Part shown: one piece after another, positions 50,163 through 59,610 of the stretch
Layout: every line of letters begins with the position of its first letter
How positions within the stretch are numbered: the stretch's first letter is position 1
Source: Patescibacteria group bacterium
Lineage (GTDB): Bacteria; Patescibacteriota; Patescibacteriia; CAIXNZ01
Assembly: GCA_041651155.1 (NCBI GenBank)
Contig: JBAZJU010000004.1
Coordinates: forward strand, 39,427-103,426
Direction: 5' to 3'
DNA: 64,000 bases
Notes under the pieces: model-generated
What the model saw: the letters and a program-made list of their open reading frames with translations, nothing else
The model's database searches: none
What the model was told of the DNA's origin: nothing
Translations under genes and position numbers: made by a program

Positions 50163-52571
50163 ATGTACATCTCCCGCAATTGGTTAAAAGATTTTGTTAA
50201 AATACCGGACTCATTGAGCGCGAAAGATTTAGGTTTGAAATTGACCATGGCCATGGCTGAAGTAGAAAGTTTTACTGACCAAAAGGAAAGTCTTAAAGGT
50301 GTTGTGGTTGGTGAGATTTTGGAAGTAAAAAAGCATCCTAATGCTGATAAATTACAATTAACAGTGGTTGATATCGGTTCAAAGAAATTAAACATTGTCT
50401 GCGGGGCGCCAAATATTGCCAAAGGACAAAAAATTCCAGTCGCAACTCTGGGTACTGTTTTGCCAAATGGTATGAAAATAGAAAAAGTAAAAGTGCGCGG
50501 TGAGGAATCAGAAGGCATGCTTTGTGCTGAAGATGAGTTAGGTTTGGGTAAAGATCATTCAGGAATTTTGATCCTTGATAAAAAAGCCAAAATTGGAGAG
50601 CCATTAACAAAGGTTTTAGGCTTAGATGATGTTATTTATGAAATAGATAATAAATCATTAAGCCACAGACCAGATTTGTGGTCGCAATATGGCGTGGCTA
50701 GGGAAGTGGGAGCAATACTTGGTGAAAAATTGAAAGAGTACAAGGTCACCCTTCGACAGGCTCAGGGTGACAAACGATTAGATATTAAAGTTGAGGACTA
50801 TAAATTATGCCCGAGGTATATGGGAGTTGTTTTGGAAGGGATTGAAATCGCTGAATCGCCGGAATGGTTGAAAAAAAGAGTGAGCGCCATTGGTATGAGG
50901 CCGATTAATAATATTGTTGATATAACAAATTATGTGATGATGGAAATCGGCCAGCCTTTGCATGCATTTGATTATGATAAATTAGAAGGGCATAAAATCA
51001 TTGTCAGAACTGCCAAAGCAGGTGAAAAAATTAAAACTCTAGATGATCAGGAGAGAAAATTGGATGAATATATGTTAGTCATTGCCGATGCCAAAAAACC
51101 AGTGGCGATTGCAGGGGTAATGGGCGGAGCCAATACTGAAATTGATAATAAGACTAAAAAGATAATTATTGAATCAGCTAATTTTGATCATGTTTTAATC
51201 AGAAAAACTGAAGCCAAATTAAATTTAAGGACAGAAGCTTCAATCAGGTTTGAAAAATCATTAGATCCTAATATCACTGAATTAGGCATAAAAAAAGCCA
51301 TTGAATTAATCTTGCAGATTTGCCCTAAAGCTAAGGTGGTTTCTAAAATTGAAGACGTAAAGAAATTCGGTCTGAATCAGGGGCCGATTAAAGTAAACTT
51401 TGAATTTTTAAATAAAAAAATTGGTCAGGCAATTGAACCTAAAAAAATCATTGATATTTTAGAAAGCTTGGGATTTGGGATTAAAAAACAAAAAGACGGG
51501 CTCTCAATTTTAGTGCCATCTTGGCGAGCGACCAAAGATATTTCTATTCCCGAAGATATTGTGGAAGAAGTGGCGAGAATTTTCGGTTATGATAATTTAC
51601 AGATCAATATGCCCATGGTTGCCATGGAACGGCCAGAAGTAAATAAAGAAAGGGAACTGGAAAGAAAAATTAAGAATATTATGGCTTGTGGCCTGGCCAT
51701 GACCGAAGTCTATAATTATTCATTTAACAGCGAAGAACAAATAAAAAATGCTGGTCTGGATCAGGCTGATCATATTAAAGTTGCAAATCCGCTGTCTTCC
51801 TTAGCCGGATATATGAGAACTTCTTTAGTGCCCAATCTTTTGGAAAATGTCGGTTTGAATGCCAGATTTTTTGAGGAAATAAAAATATTTGAAGTCGGGT
51901 CAATTTATTTGAAAGAAGAAAAAGGCGAGAAAATTTCCGATCAGGGCAGCAAGCGCCTGCCTTTGCAGGAAAAATATATTAGCGGCCTAATTTATGAAAA
52001 AGGCAATGACACGCCTTTTTATGCGGCTAAAAATATTGCTGAAATAATTTTAAAGCAATTAAGATTTGATTATAAGCTGGCCAAATCGCCAATGGCCATG
52101 CCCTGGGGAAATTCAAAAAGATCCCTTAGAATTTTAATCGCCAATAAAATCGTGGGCTTAATAACTGAATTAAATCCAAGCATTGGCGCTAATTTTTATA
52201 TAAAAAATAAAGTGGGAATTTTTTCTTTGAATTTGAGCGAACTCGTTAATTTTTATAATGAAGAAATGATTTATCAGCCTATACCTAAATTTCCTAGCAT
52301 TGATTTGGACATTTCCATGATTGTTTCAAAGAAAATTTTGTGGGCAGAGGTTAGGCAGGCAGTAATTGGCGTAGAAAAAGATTTAATTAAAGAAGTGAAG
52401 ATTTTTGATGTATTTGAAGGTAAGGGAATCCCTGAAGGCAATAAATCAATTGCTTTTAGGATTGTATATCGCTCTGATGACAAAACATTGACCATGGCAG
52501 AAGTGCAGATTATTCAGCAGAAAGTTCTAAAAATTCTGGCAGAAAAATTTAATGCCCAAATAAGGCAATAA
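50163..52571 (+). CDS. pheT: Phenylalanine-tRNA ligase beta subunit
   Basis: HPNADKL, VCGAPN, SEGMLC, GQPLHAFD, EEVARIFGY, C-terminal ferredoxin-fold domain. Confidence 0.97.
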   Translation: MYISRNWLKDFVKIPDSLSAKDLGLKLTMAMAEVESFTDQKESLKGVVVGEILEVKKHPNADKLQLTVVDIGSKKLNIVCGAPNIAKGQKIPVATLGTVLPNGMKIEKVKVRGEESEGMLCAEDELGLGKDHSGILILDKKAKIGEPLTKVLGLDDVIYEIDNKSLSHRPDLWSQYGVAREVGAILGEKLKEYKVTLRQAQGDKRLDIKVEDYKLCPRYMGVVLEGIEIAESPEWLKKRVSAIGMRPINNIVDITNYVMMEIGQPLHAFDYDKLEGHKIIVRTAKAGEKIKTLDDQERKLDEYMLVIADAKKPVAIAGVMGGANTEIDNKTKKIIIESANFDHVLIRKTEAKLNLRTEASIRFEKSLDPNITELGIKKAIELILQICPKAKVVSKIEDVKKFGLNQGPIKVNFEFLNKKIGQAIEPKKIIDILESLGFGIKKQKDGLSILVPSWRATKDISIPEDIVEEVARIFGYDNLQINMPMVAMERPEVNKERELERKIKNIMACGLAMTEVYNYSFNSEEQIKNAGLDQADHIKVANPLSSLAGYMRTSLVPNLLENVGLNARFFEEIKIFEVGSIYLKEEKGEKISDQGSKRLPLQEKYISGLIYEKGNDTPFYAAKNIAEIILKQLRFDYKLAKSPMAMPWGNSKRSLRILIANKIVGLITELNPSIGANFYIKNKVGIFSLNLSELVNFYNEEMIYQPIPKFPSIDLDISMIVSKKILWAEVRQAVIGVEKDLIKEVKIFDVFEGKGIPEGNKSIAFRIVYRSDDKTLTMAEVQIIQQKVLKILAEKFNAQIRQ

Positions 52572-52622
52572 ATTTTGACTTTGAGTTTTATTTAAATTAT
52601 AATAGAAACATAATATTAAAAT

Positions 52623-53042
52623 ATGCCAGAAGATAAAATTTTACAAAAATTAGAGCAACATGACCAGAAATTTGACGCAATTTTAGGTAAATTGGATGAG
52701 CATGATGTAAAATTAGATAATCATGCAAGAAAATTAGAATCCATTGATACAAAGCTGGAAGATCATGCAATAAAATTAGGATCTATTGATGTTAAACTAG
52801 ATAATCATGCAAAAAAATTAATAGAACACGACGAATTGTTGAAGCCTCTTTGTGGAGACGTTAAAACGCTTAAAACTGACGTAAAGAATATTGCAAATAA
52901 TCAGGAGCAAATGATTACAATTTTAAAACGACTTGATGAAGATCGTGTTTTTACTCATGCGTGGGTAAAAAGGATTGAAAAAGAAGTTGAGGATCACAGC
53001 CAAGAAATTAAAGACATGAAGCTGAAATTAAATATTGCCTAA
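52623..53042 (+). CDS. Heptad-repeat coiled-coil protein
   Basis: LDEHDVK LDNHARK LESIDTK LEDHAIK LGSIDVK LDNHAKK; promoter TTGACT-17-TATAAT at 52575-52603. Confidence 0.75.
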   Translation: MPEDKILQKLEQHDQKFDAILGKLDEHDVKLDNHARKLESIDTKLEDHAIKLGSIDVKLDNHAKKLIEHDELLKPLCGDVKTLKTDVKNIANNQEQMITILKRLDEDRVFTHAWVKRIEKEVEDHSQEIKDMKLKLNIA

Positions 53043-53070
53043 TTAATCCCGAGCCAATCGGGATTTTTAT

Positions 53071-53111
53071 CCTGCCTGCCGCCTGCCTGTCCGGTAGGCA
53101 GGGCAGGCAGG
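53071..53111. repeat. CCTG-unit palindromic element just after a terminator
   Basis: CCTGCCTGCC-G-CCTGCCTGTCCGGTAGGCAG-GGCAGGCAGG. Confidence 0.6.
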
Positions 53112-53124
53112 TCTAATAATTACC

Positions 53125-54519
53125 ATGAAAAATTTATTTAAAATATTTTTGCTGCTATTAGTGGCAAGTTTGTTTTTAAATTTAAGGTCAGCAAATGCTG
53201 TCACAAGTTTAAATAATGTTACTCTGAGCATTGAGCCAAAAAACGCTAGTAGTCTGGCAACCTGGAATATTAGTTTTACTTTACCCGCTACAACCCCAGT
53301 CGGTCATGTCCTAATTTCTTTCGGCGGTTATGCGCCAGATTTAAGCCAGGCTAGTTTGTCAGTCTCTGGTTTGTCCGGGGGCACAGCAATTGTGGGTAAA
53401 AGCAATCCCAGTTGCGTGTCAAATTGTGATGATGTGCGCTATTACTTTAAGGATCCAGTGCAAATCCAAGCTAATACAAGAGTGACATTTGCCTTGAGCA
53501 AGGTTAAAAATTCTGACCAAGCCGGGCAAACAGGCCTAAATTTTATTAATATTTTTAGTTCCAAATATCCAAATATGACCTTGGCTTTTTCAACCGGCGA
53601 ACAATTAATTAATCTTGAGCCGGCCTTAGCATTAAATGAAGAAAATTTAATTCCAGCTACGGCAACAGCAGAAAATACGAATCAAGAGCCGGAACAAATC
53701 CAGCAGGTTATAATCAATGAATTATTTTATAAAGCCGGAGCTAAGACTACAAAGCTGCGGGAAATTAAGGATCCGACCAAGGTTGAAGATTTCACTTTGG
53801 ATTTATTAGGCAAAATAAAAGTTACATTTAAAGGCCCAATAGATCTTTCTAAGCCTCAGGCCATTTCTTTTATTGAGAACTTCACAGCCTATATGACTTT
53901 TGATATTTTGTATTTCAAAGTTGATAAACAGTTAATGGATTATTTCAAAGTGCCCTTGGAACTTACTTATTATGATTTGCCTTTTGTCTGGGATCCGGAT
54001 GTTTTGAAAGATGATAATGAGGTAATAACCAAAGATAAATTGGAAAATTATAGCTCTTATATTATTGATAATAAGTCTCAGGTTGCCTTTACTATCAAGG
54101 AAGCCGGGTCTTATCGTTTAGTGCCGCATTTTGAACTTTATATAGCAGACAATCAGGAAATAAATAAAGCCAGCAATTTATCAACTTTTACCGGCAGAAT
54201 TTCTGATCCAAAAGCGATTATTAAAATTTCTTTAAACGGCAAAGAGCTGACAGATATTAAGCCGACTATTGATCAGCAAAGAGGGGAATTCACTTTTTCA
54301 GTTGCCTTATTGGAAGGGCCGAATTTAATTGAAGCCCAGGCGCAAAGCGAATACGGCAAAATTAACAAGATAACAAAGATTATCCAATATCTGCCGCCGA
54401 CACCAGGTAAGGTTGCGGCCAAAAGCAGTATAAGCCCGTTAAATATTGTGGCAATTGGCCTGGCTGTTTTAGCCATAATTTTAATTATTGTTTTGCGTTA
54501 TTTGGTAAAGAAAAAATAA
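53125..54519 (+). CDS. Exported beta-rich (Ig-like) protein with C-terminal membrane anchor
   Basis: Signal peptide; ...LLEGPNLIEAQA Ig-like end; C-terminal TM plus KKK. Confidence 0.7.
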   Translation: MKNLFKIFLLLLVASLFLNLRSANAVTSLNNVTLSIEPKNASSLATWNISFTLPATTPVGHVLISFGGYAPDLSQASLSVSGLSGGTAIVGKSNPSCVSNCDDVRYYFKDPVQIQANTRVTFALSKVKNSDQAGQTGLNFINIFSSKYPNMTLAFSTGEQLINLEPALALNEENLIPATATAENTNQEPEQIQQVIINELFYKAGAKTTKLREIKDPTKVEDFTLDLLGKIKVTFKGPIDLSKPQAISFIENFTAYMTFDILYFKVDKQLMDYFKVPLELTYYDLPFVWDPDVLKDDNEVITKDKLENYSSYIIDNKSQVAFTIKEAGSYRLVPHFELYIADNQEINKASNLSTFTGRISDPKAIIKISLNGKELTDIKPTIDQQRGEFTFSVALLEGPNLIEAQAQSEYGKINKITKIIQYLPPTPGKVAAKSSISPLNIVAIGLAVLAIILIIVLRYLVKKK

Positions 54520-54541
54520 AATGCTATACTTAAACAAGTAG

Positions 54542-54623
54542 AAAGTTCTTAAAGTTTATAAAGTATAAAGATTAAACAACGCAACGAAAACTTTATAAAC
54601 TTTATACTTTTAACTTTATAACT
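54542..54623. repeat. Empty copy of the AAAGT(T)TAT-unit inverted repeat that flanks the four-helix-bundle gene
   Basis: AAAGTTTATAAAGTATAAAG-20 nt-CTTTATAAACTTTATACTTTTAACTTTATAACT. Confidence 0.7.
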
Positions 54624-54629
54624 GCATCT

Positions 54630-54923
54630 ATGATTTCAACCTCCAAAGACATTTTTTATCTCATTCTTTCTTTCAGTATTCTGTTGTTTACAGTTTTTCT
54701 GTGCTGGGCAATTTATTTTATGGCCATGATTTTGCGCGAGTTTAAAAAAATAATTGCTGATGTGAGAAAGAAAATTGAATTAGTTGAAGGTTTGATCGTG
54801 GCGCTAAAAGAAAAATTAGAGCATACTTCCAGCCATATGAAATTATTAGTTGAGACCGTTTCCAATTTGGCTGAATATTTTAGAGAAAGAAGGGGAGAAA
54901 AGAAAAGCAAGAAAAAGAAATAA
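54630..54923 (+). CDS. Single-TM coiled-coil protein (DUF948-like)
   Basis: N-terminal TM, coiled coil, basic tail; terminator at 54943-54971. Confidence 0.65.
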   Translation: MISTSKDIFYLILSFSILLFTVFLCWAIYFMAMILREFKKIIADVRKKIELVEGLIVALKEKLEHTSSHMKLLVETVSNLAEYFRERRGEKKSKKKK

Positions 54924-55034
54924 TTATTTTACATATTTTTTTAAGCACTCCGCTACGCGGGGTGTTTTTTTGATGCTTGACTTTTTTAATTTTTTTGCCT
55001 AAAATAAAGGCAAATTTAAAGGAGGTGCCATGTA

Positions 55035-55508
55035 GTGAAAAAAATTGTGATTTTAACAATCTGTCTGAGCCTTTTGCTGAATAGCGCCTGTCTGAAGAAA
55101 GTCTATCAGAAGCTTGACAGCCTTGATGCCAAGGTAACTCAATTCCACCAAGAAGAAATGAGTGCCATGCAAAAGAACCATCAGGAGGCTATGGCTGCAA
55201 TCTCTGACTTGAATAAGGCCATCAGTAAAAACAGCCGCAAAGTGGAAGAGCTGGGCAAAAAGTTGGATGTGCTCATTCAAAAAGGAGTCATTGTTTCTGG
55301 CCAGATGTATAGCTATGCCACTGTTCACGTGCGCGAAGGCCCTTCTGTGCGATTCAAAAGCGTTGGCTACCTAAAAGGCGGCGAAGTAATCAAAATTGAC
55401 CGCATTGAGAAGAAATGGGCCAGAATTAAAGAAGGGAAATGGCAAGGCAAATGGTGCACGCTACTTTACATGCAATTAAGCGTGGAACCGATTGCTGAAC
55501 CGCAATAA
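55035..55508 (+). CDS. Putative lipoprotein with coiled coil and bacterial SH3 domain
   Basis: LLNSAC lipobox-like; VHVREGPS...VGYLKGGEVIKI...KWARI; promoter at 54977-55005, AAGGAGG SD, terminator at 55518-55547. Confidence 0.75.
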   Translation: MKKIVILTICLSLLLNSACLKKVYQKLDSLDAKVTQFHQEEMSAMQKNHQEAMAAISDLNKAISKNSRKVEELGKKLDVLIQKGVIVSGQMYSYATVHVREGPSVRFKSVGYLKGGEVIKIDRIEKKWARIKEGKWQGKWCTLLYMQLSVEPIAEPQ

Positions 55509-55702
55509 TCAGCATCAAAGGGCGAGGAGAAATCCTTGCCCTTTTTTAATTGGGATACTAATTTACTAATTTGTTACTAATATACGAATATTTCCCATAT
55601 TAATAACCTAATAGCCAAATTACCTAATAACCCAATTATCCCTATTACGTTTGAATTTTTCACTAAATTGTATTAAACTCAAGATAAGCTAAATTTTAAA
55701 AT

Positions 55703-57274
55703 ATGCTTGAAAAAATGCCGCAATTTGAGGAAAAAGAGAAACCTTTAAAAGATAAAAAGGAGGCTTTTTCATATTGGGCACTTTTAGAGTCAACTTCTGA
55801 CAAATCAGTTGCCGAATCAGTTAAAAATATTGCTAAAAGAAAAAAGGCTTTAGTAAAATTGCAGGAAATGGGCTGGGAAAATTTTGAGGATTTTAAAATT
55901 CATGGCATTAATATAGACTCTATTGTCAAAGGTTCAAGGGAAAGAAAGGGCTTATGGGAAAAGTATTCTGCCTTTGGCAATTTTCCCGCTAAAACAGTAG
56001 AAACTATTAATGGCCAGATTGATTTAAGCGGACCAGTTTTTGGTGCAAAGCCCGAGGCTTACAAATGGAAAGCTGTTTTGTCCGAAGAAAGTTTAACGCC
56101 TGAGAAAACATATTTTACATTAGATATAGCTTTGCTTGATGAAAAAAAACCTTGGGAAACTCGCGAGGGCGCAGATGAAATAATTGAGCAAATTGAAAAA
56201 AATATTAAGAAAAATAAACTGGATATAAGTTTCCCTTTTGCTCGTTCCTTGGGGCAGGAAGCTCTGCGACGCGCTTTGCCTGATATTTTTAAAGAAATAA
56301 AAAAATATATCTGGGAAAAATGTTATCCGCTTGCTGCTGTTGATAAGAATGTGGCTAATTTAGAATTTCGCTTGGAGACTGAAATTTCCAGGGAAATTGA
56401 CCAGGCAAGAGAGGCGGAAATTATTGAAGGTTTAAAAAAGAGGGAATTTGATGAAAAAATATTTTATTTAGGTGCTGGTGCGGAAAAATATTTGGAATAT
56501 TTAAAGAGCGAGGAAAACCTATTGTCTAATTTTGAATTGCAACTGATGAAAAAAAGTTTGGACAAATTAGTGCCTTTTATTAATAAGAGAACAATCTATG
56601 ATTTAGGCCCGGCAAATGCCTTGAAAGTTATTCCACTTTTAGAAAAACAGCTAGAAACACAAGAAGAAGTTGAGTATGTGCCAATTGATATAAATCCGGC
56701 CATGATTTTTGCAGCTGCGGCGAATATAAATAATCCCAAGGTTAAGGTTGAAGGTAAAATTTTAGATTTTACAAAGCCAATGGCCGGGAAATTAGAGATC
56801 GGCTCTAAATTTTTTACTTTGCTCGGCAACACCCTGGGTAATGGGGATGAAAATTATCAGAAAGGACTTTTGAAAAATATAAATCAGGCCATGACTGCGG
56901 CTGATTATTTAATGGTTGGCATTCATTTAAAAAGCGATTGGCAAGAGATATTAAAAAGTTATGAGTCAAAAAGCGGCAGGGAAGTGTTTTTAACTGCAGT
57001 TGAGAATATTGGCTTTCCTTTGGCTAAAATTGATTTAGAAATAATTGCTGACCAAAAAAATAGGCAGATTAAAGCCATTGTTAAAATTAAAGAAGATTTA
57101 CAGGTTAAAGGGGTTGATTTTAAGCAGGGAGAAAATTTAACAATTTTTGTCTCGCAAAAATATGAGGTGGGTGAATTGGCCAAATTAGCGCAAAGCGCTG
57201 GTTTGGATGTTGAGAAAACTTTTTTGGATGAGAAGAATCAATATGAGTTGGCTGTGTTGAGGAAAGGGAAATAA
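55703..57274 (+). CDS. Unknown N-terminal domain fused to an EgtD-like SAM-dependent methyltransferase
   Basis: KIFYLG, YDLGPANALK, YVPIDIN, LLGNTLGN, SQKY in the C-terminal half. Confidence 0.7.
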   Translation: MLEKMPQFEEKEKPLKDKKEAFSYWALLESTSDKSVAESVKNIAKRKKALVKLQEMGWENFEDFKIHGINIDSIVKGSRERKGLWEKYSAFGNFPAKTVETINGQIDLSGPVFGAKPEAYKWKAVLSEESLTPEKTYFTLDIALLDEKKPWETREGADEIIEQIEKNIKKNKLDISFPFARSLGQEALRRALPDIFKEIKKYIWEKCYPLAAVDKNVANLEFRLETEISREIDQAREAEIIEGLKKREFDEKIFYLGAGAEKYLEYLKSEENLLSNFELQLMKKSLDKLVPFINKRTIYDLGPANALKVIPLLEKQLETQEEVEYVPIDINPAMIFAAAANINNPKVKVEGKILDFTKPMAGKLEIGSKFFTLLGNTLGNGDENYQKGLLKNINQAMTAADYLMVGIHLKSDWQEILKSYESKSGREVFLTAVENIGFPLAKIDLEIIADQKNRQIKAIVKIKEDLQVKGVDFKQGENLTIFVSQKYEVGELAKLAQSAGLDVEKTFLDEKNQYELAVLRKGK

Positions 57275-57373
57275 AAAAAAGACAAACCGTCCACGTGTCA
57301 TCCAGAACGAAGTGAAGGATCCTTAACTTCAAGGATTCCACGCTTTGCTCTGAATGACGGTTTGTCTTTTTTT
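57274..57373. terminator. Bidirectional terminator whose loop holds a GTCATCC...GAATGAC palindromic element
   Basis: AAAAAAAGACAAACCGTC...GACGGTTTGTCTTTTTTT between convergent genes. Confidence 0.7.
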
Positions 57374-57376
57374 ATT

Positions 57377-58114
57377 TTATTTCAATTTTTCCCAAAAGAA
57401 TTTATGGATCAGGGCCATGGTTTTGGCGATTTCTTTTGATTCAATAATCACGCCCATGAGTTCATTTGCTTTAAATGACATGAAAGCGACTTTATTGCCA
57501 TAGATATTTATTTCAATGGAAAAGGGATAATCTTTTTCCGGAATTAATTTTGTTTCTCGTAATTCCTTAGTATCTCTTTCTTGATATTCTTTGGCTAAAG
57601 GCGCATCAGGCGCAATGACTTTGGCCATTATTTTTTTCTCTATTCTTTGCTGGACATATTGCTGGGTTAGATAATCTATAAGAGGGGATTTATAAGCAGT
57701 AGCCACAGAAACAAAAGCCAATATGTCTTTGCCTTCTTTAATCGTATCAGCATAAACACTTTTAATGCCTTCTTCACCTTCATAAAACCTGATTTTGGGT
57801 TTAACAGGTGAAACCTTGCTTAAGGCCTCTAATTCAGGCAGGATTTGGTTTAAGGTTTTTTGCTTTTGGGCAATTACCTGGGCTAAATGGCTTGGTTCAG
57901 CAGCTAAAAAATAACGTTTTTTGCCTTTGGGTATAACAGTAATAAGATTCTGCTTAATTAAATTTTCTAGTAATTCATAAACAGTGCTTCTTTTAATTTG
58001 GGCTTTTTTAGCAATATTTTGCACTGAAGTTAGCCCCAATTCCAGGGAGGCCAGGTAAATACTGGCTTCTTTTTGGTTTAGGCCAAGTGTTTGGAGTTGG
58101 TCTTGTAATGACAT
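57377..58114 (-). CDS. TrmB-family transcriptional regulator
   Basis: LGLNQKEASIYLASLELG...IAKKAQIKRSTVYELLENL wHTH; RFYEGEEG; EINIYGNKVA. Confidence 0.88.
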   Translation of the reverse strand: MSLQDQLQTLGLNQKEASIYLASLELGLTSVQNIAKKAQIKRSTVYELLENLIKQNLITVIPKGKKRYFLAAEPSHLAQVIAQKQKTLNQILPELEALSKVSPVKPKIRFYEGEEGIKSVYADTIKEGKDILAFVSVATAYKSPLIDYLTQQYVQQRIEKKIMAKVIAPDAPLAKEYQERDTKELRETKLIPEKDYPFSIEINIYGNKVAFMSFKANELMGVIIESKEIAKTMALIHKFFWEKLK

Positions 58115-58245
58115 ATGAATACTTAAACCACAGAATTTAGCTCACAGAATACACAGAAAATTCAGTGTTTTTCTGTGAATTTATTCAGTGGTTTATTATT
58201 TCCTTAGTTTTGTCGCCTAAAAAGACAATATTATAATCTAAAGTA

Positions 58246-58274
58246 ATCATAGCATATCATGGCAAAAATGTCAA
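58246..58274 (-). promoter_or_regulatory. Promoter of the trmB-like gene
   Basis: Minus-strand TTGACA-17 bp-TATGAT with extended TG. Confidence 0.7.
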
Positions 58275-58282
58275 GATTTCCG

Positions 58283-58305
58283 CCGACATTTGAAATTATT
58301 GTCGG
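58283..58305. promoter_or_regulatory. Candidate operator between the two -35 boxes
   Basis: CCGACA-N11-TGTCGG dyad. Confidence 0.5.
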
Positions 58306-58310
58306 AAGTA

Positions 58311-58339
58311 TTGACAAGAATAATAATAATTGCTATAAT
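58311..58339 (+). promoter_or_regulatory. Perfect-consensus sigma70 promoter of the cassette array
   Basis: TTGACA-17 bp-TATAAT with extended TG. Confidence 0.85.
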
Positions 58340-58422
58340 TTAGTGTTTAAGAATGAATATTTAAAACAGAAACCAAATCCGCTATCAACGGGTATAAAAC
58401 CAATCTTAAAGGAGTACAAGAA

Positions 58423-58731
58423 ATGGATTTAACGCGCATTAAAGAAGAGTCAAGAAAATTTGCACTAGGTATAGTTACAGATTATCTCAAAGAAGTAAGG
58501 GTCTCCTTCATAAACGAAAAGGATGTTGTGTATTTGGTGGATGTGCAGGAAATAAAGAATTTGTTTGATGAGGTGGGCATAACTGTCCGAGAAAAAGAAT
58601 TGGCTGATATGTTGAATGAATTAATGTTCGGCCAAAAAAGGGTCGCAAACTTCAGAGTGGAGCATCTATTTCCGGAGTTTTGCAAGGACGGAACCCATTT
58701 CAGGGTAATAAAGATTTCGGAATTGGAATAA
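58423..58731 (+). CDS. Array gene 1, orphan (102 aa)
   Basis: AAGGAG SD; directly after the promoter. Confidence 0.75.
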   Translation: MDLTRIKEESRKFALGIVTDYLKEVRVSFINEKDVVYLVDVQEIKNLFDEVGITVREKELADMLNELMFGQKRVANFRVEHLFPEFCKDGTHFRVIKISELE

Positions 58732-58746
58732 ACATTCCTGAAATTT

Positions 58747-58852
58747 CGGGCAAGTTAATTATAAAAGTTAGCTTGCCCATCGTCTTTAGCCCAGAAAATT
58801 TTTTCGTGGGTTAAAAAACGGGAATGTTCTTTACAAAAGAAAGGAGAAAAAA
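58747..58852 (+). repeat. Array intergenic element R1
   Basis: Stem 1 GGGCAAGTTAA/TTAGCTTGCCC; core 58781-58820; TGTTCTTTACAA; AAGGAG. Confidence 0.92.
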
Positions 58853-59140
58853 ATGAAAAAGAAGATACATTGGGCAATTTGGCTGGTTATAATTCTGATT
58901 GTGCTTTTTGTGGTTTTGGGCAACTGTTGGTTAGCAATATTATGCGGCTATAAATTAACCGCAGATATTATTGCTATATGGAAACATCCTGAAATAATTA
59001 CGATCTGCAAAATCCTTATTCTTCTGGCGGAGGTCTGCATCATTCCGATGTGCATACTTATGACAATTTGTTTGTGCAAATCTGCCAATAAGAAAAAATT
59101 GTTAGAAGAATTTGGCGAATGGGAGGATATATCGGAATAG
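58853..59140 (+). CDS. Array gene 2, two-TM membrane protein
   Basis: Two hydrophobic segments; SD supplied by R1. Confidence 0.75.
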   Translation: MKKKIHWAIWLVIILIVLFVVLGNCWLAILCGYKLTADIIAIWKHPEIITICKILILLAEVCIIPMCILMTICLCKSANKKKLLEEFGEWEDISE

Positions 59141-59165
59141 AGATTTGCAATCGCTTGTGATTTAT

Positions 59166-59287
59166 CGGGCAGAAATTGTCCTGCAATTTTTGCCCATCGT
59201 CTTTAGCCCGGGAAATTTTTTCATGGGTTAAAATACGGACTTTAAAACAAATCAAAACTCCGCTGAAAGCGGGAAGGGAGAGAAAAA
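59166..59287 (+). repeat. Array intergenic element R2
   Basis: Stem 1 GGGCAGAAATTG/CAATTTTTGCCC; core 59198-59237; small CCGCT-GAA-AGCGG hairpin before the SD. Confidence 0.92.
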
Positions 59288-59593
59288 ATGCCCGAATTGG
59301 TAGAAGTAATATCCATAATCGTATCAGATGAAGAAGTCTACATTACAACAAAAGATGGGGAAACAACTGCGGAAAGGCAGACAACACTTGAAGAAATAGA
59401 TATAACAAATATCTTCATGTCTGATCCTGCAGCAGTTTTGTATGACACTCAAAGAAATGCAATAAGGCTGGATCATAGTTATTGGCAGGCTAAATTTTTC
59501 AGCGAAATTAACCGTGATATCTGCCGGCAAATCGCATATTTAGCCTTAATGAAGGTAATGCAGCATTCTTTCTTGAAAGCTCACAATAGGTAA
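59288..59593 (+). CDS. Array gene 3, orphan (101 aa)
   Basis: SD supplied by R2. Confidence 0.75.
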   Translation: MPELVEVISIIVSDEEVYITTKDGETTAERQTTLEEIDITNIFMSDPAAVLYDTQRNAIRLDHSYWQAKFFSEINRDICRQIAYLALMKVMQHSFLKAHNR

Positions 59594-59610
59594 AAAAGTT
59601 AAATCCAATT

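Noticed and set aside
1242-57341. Numerous short antisense or out-of-frame ORFs within long genes (e.g. 4083-4529, 5245-5790, 12019-12737, 35599-36936)
   Set aside because: They are shadows of well-supported genes and have no motifs or initiation signals.
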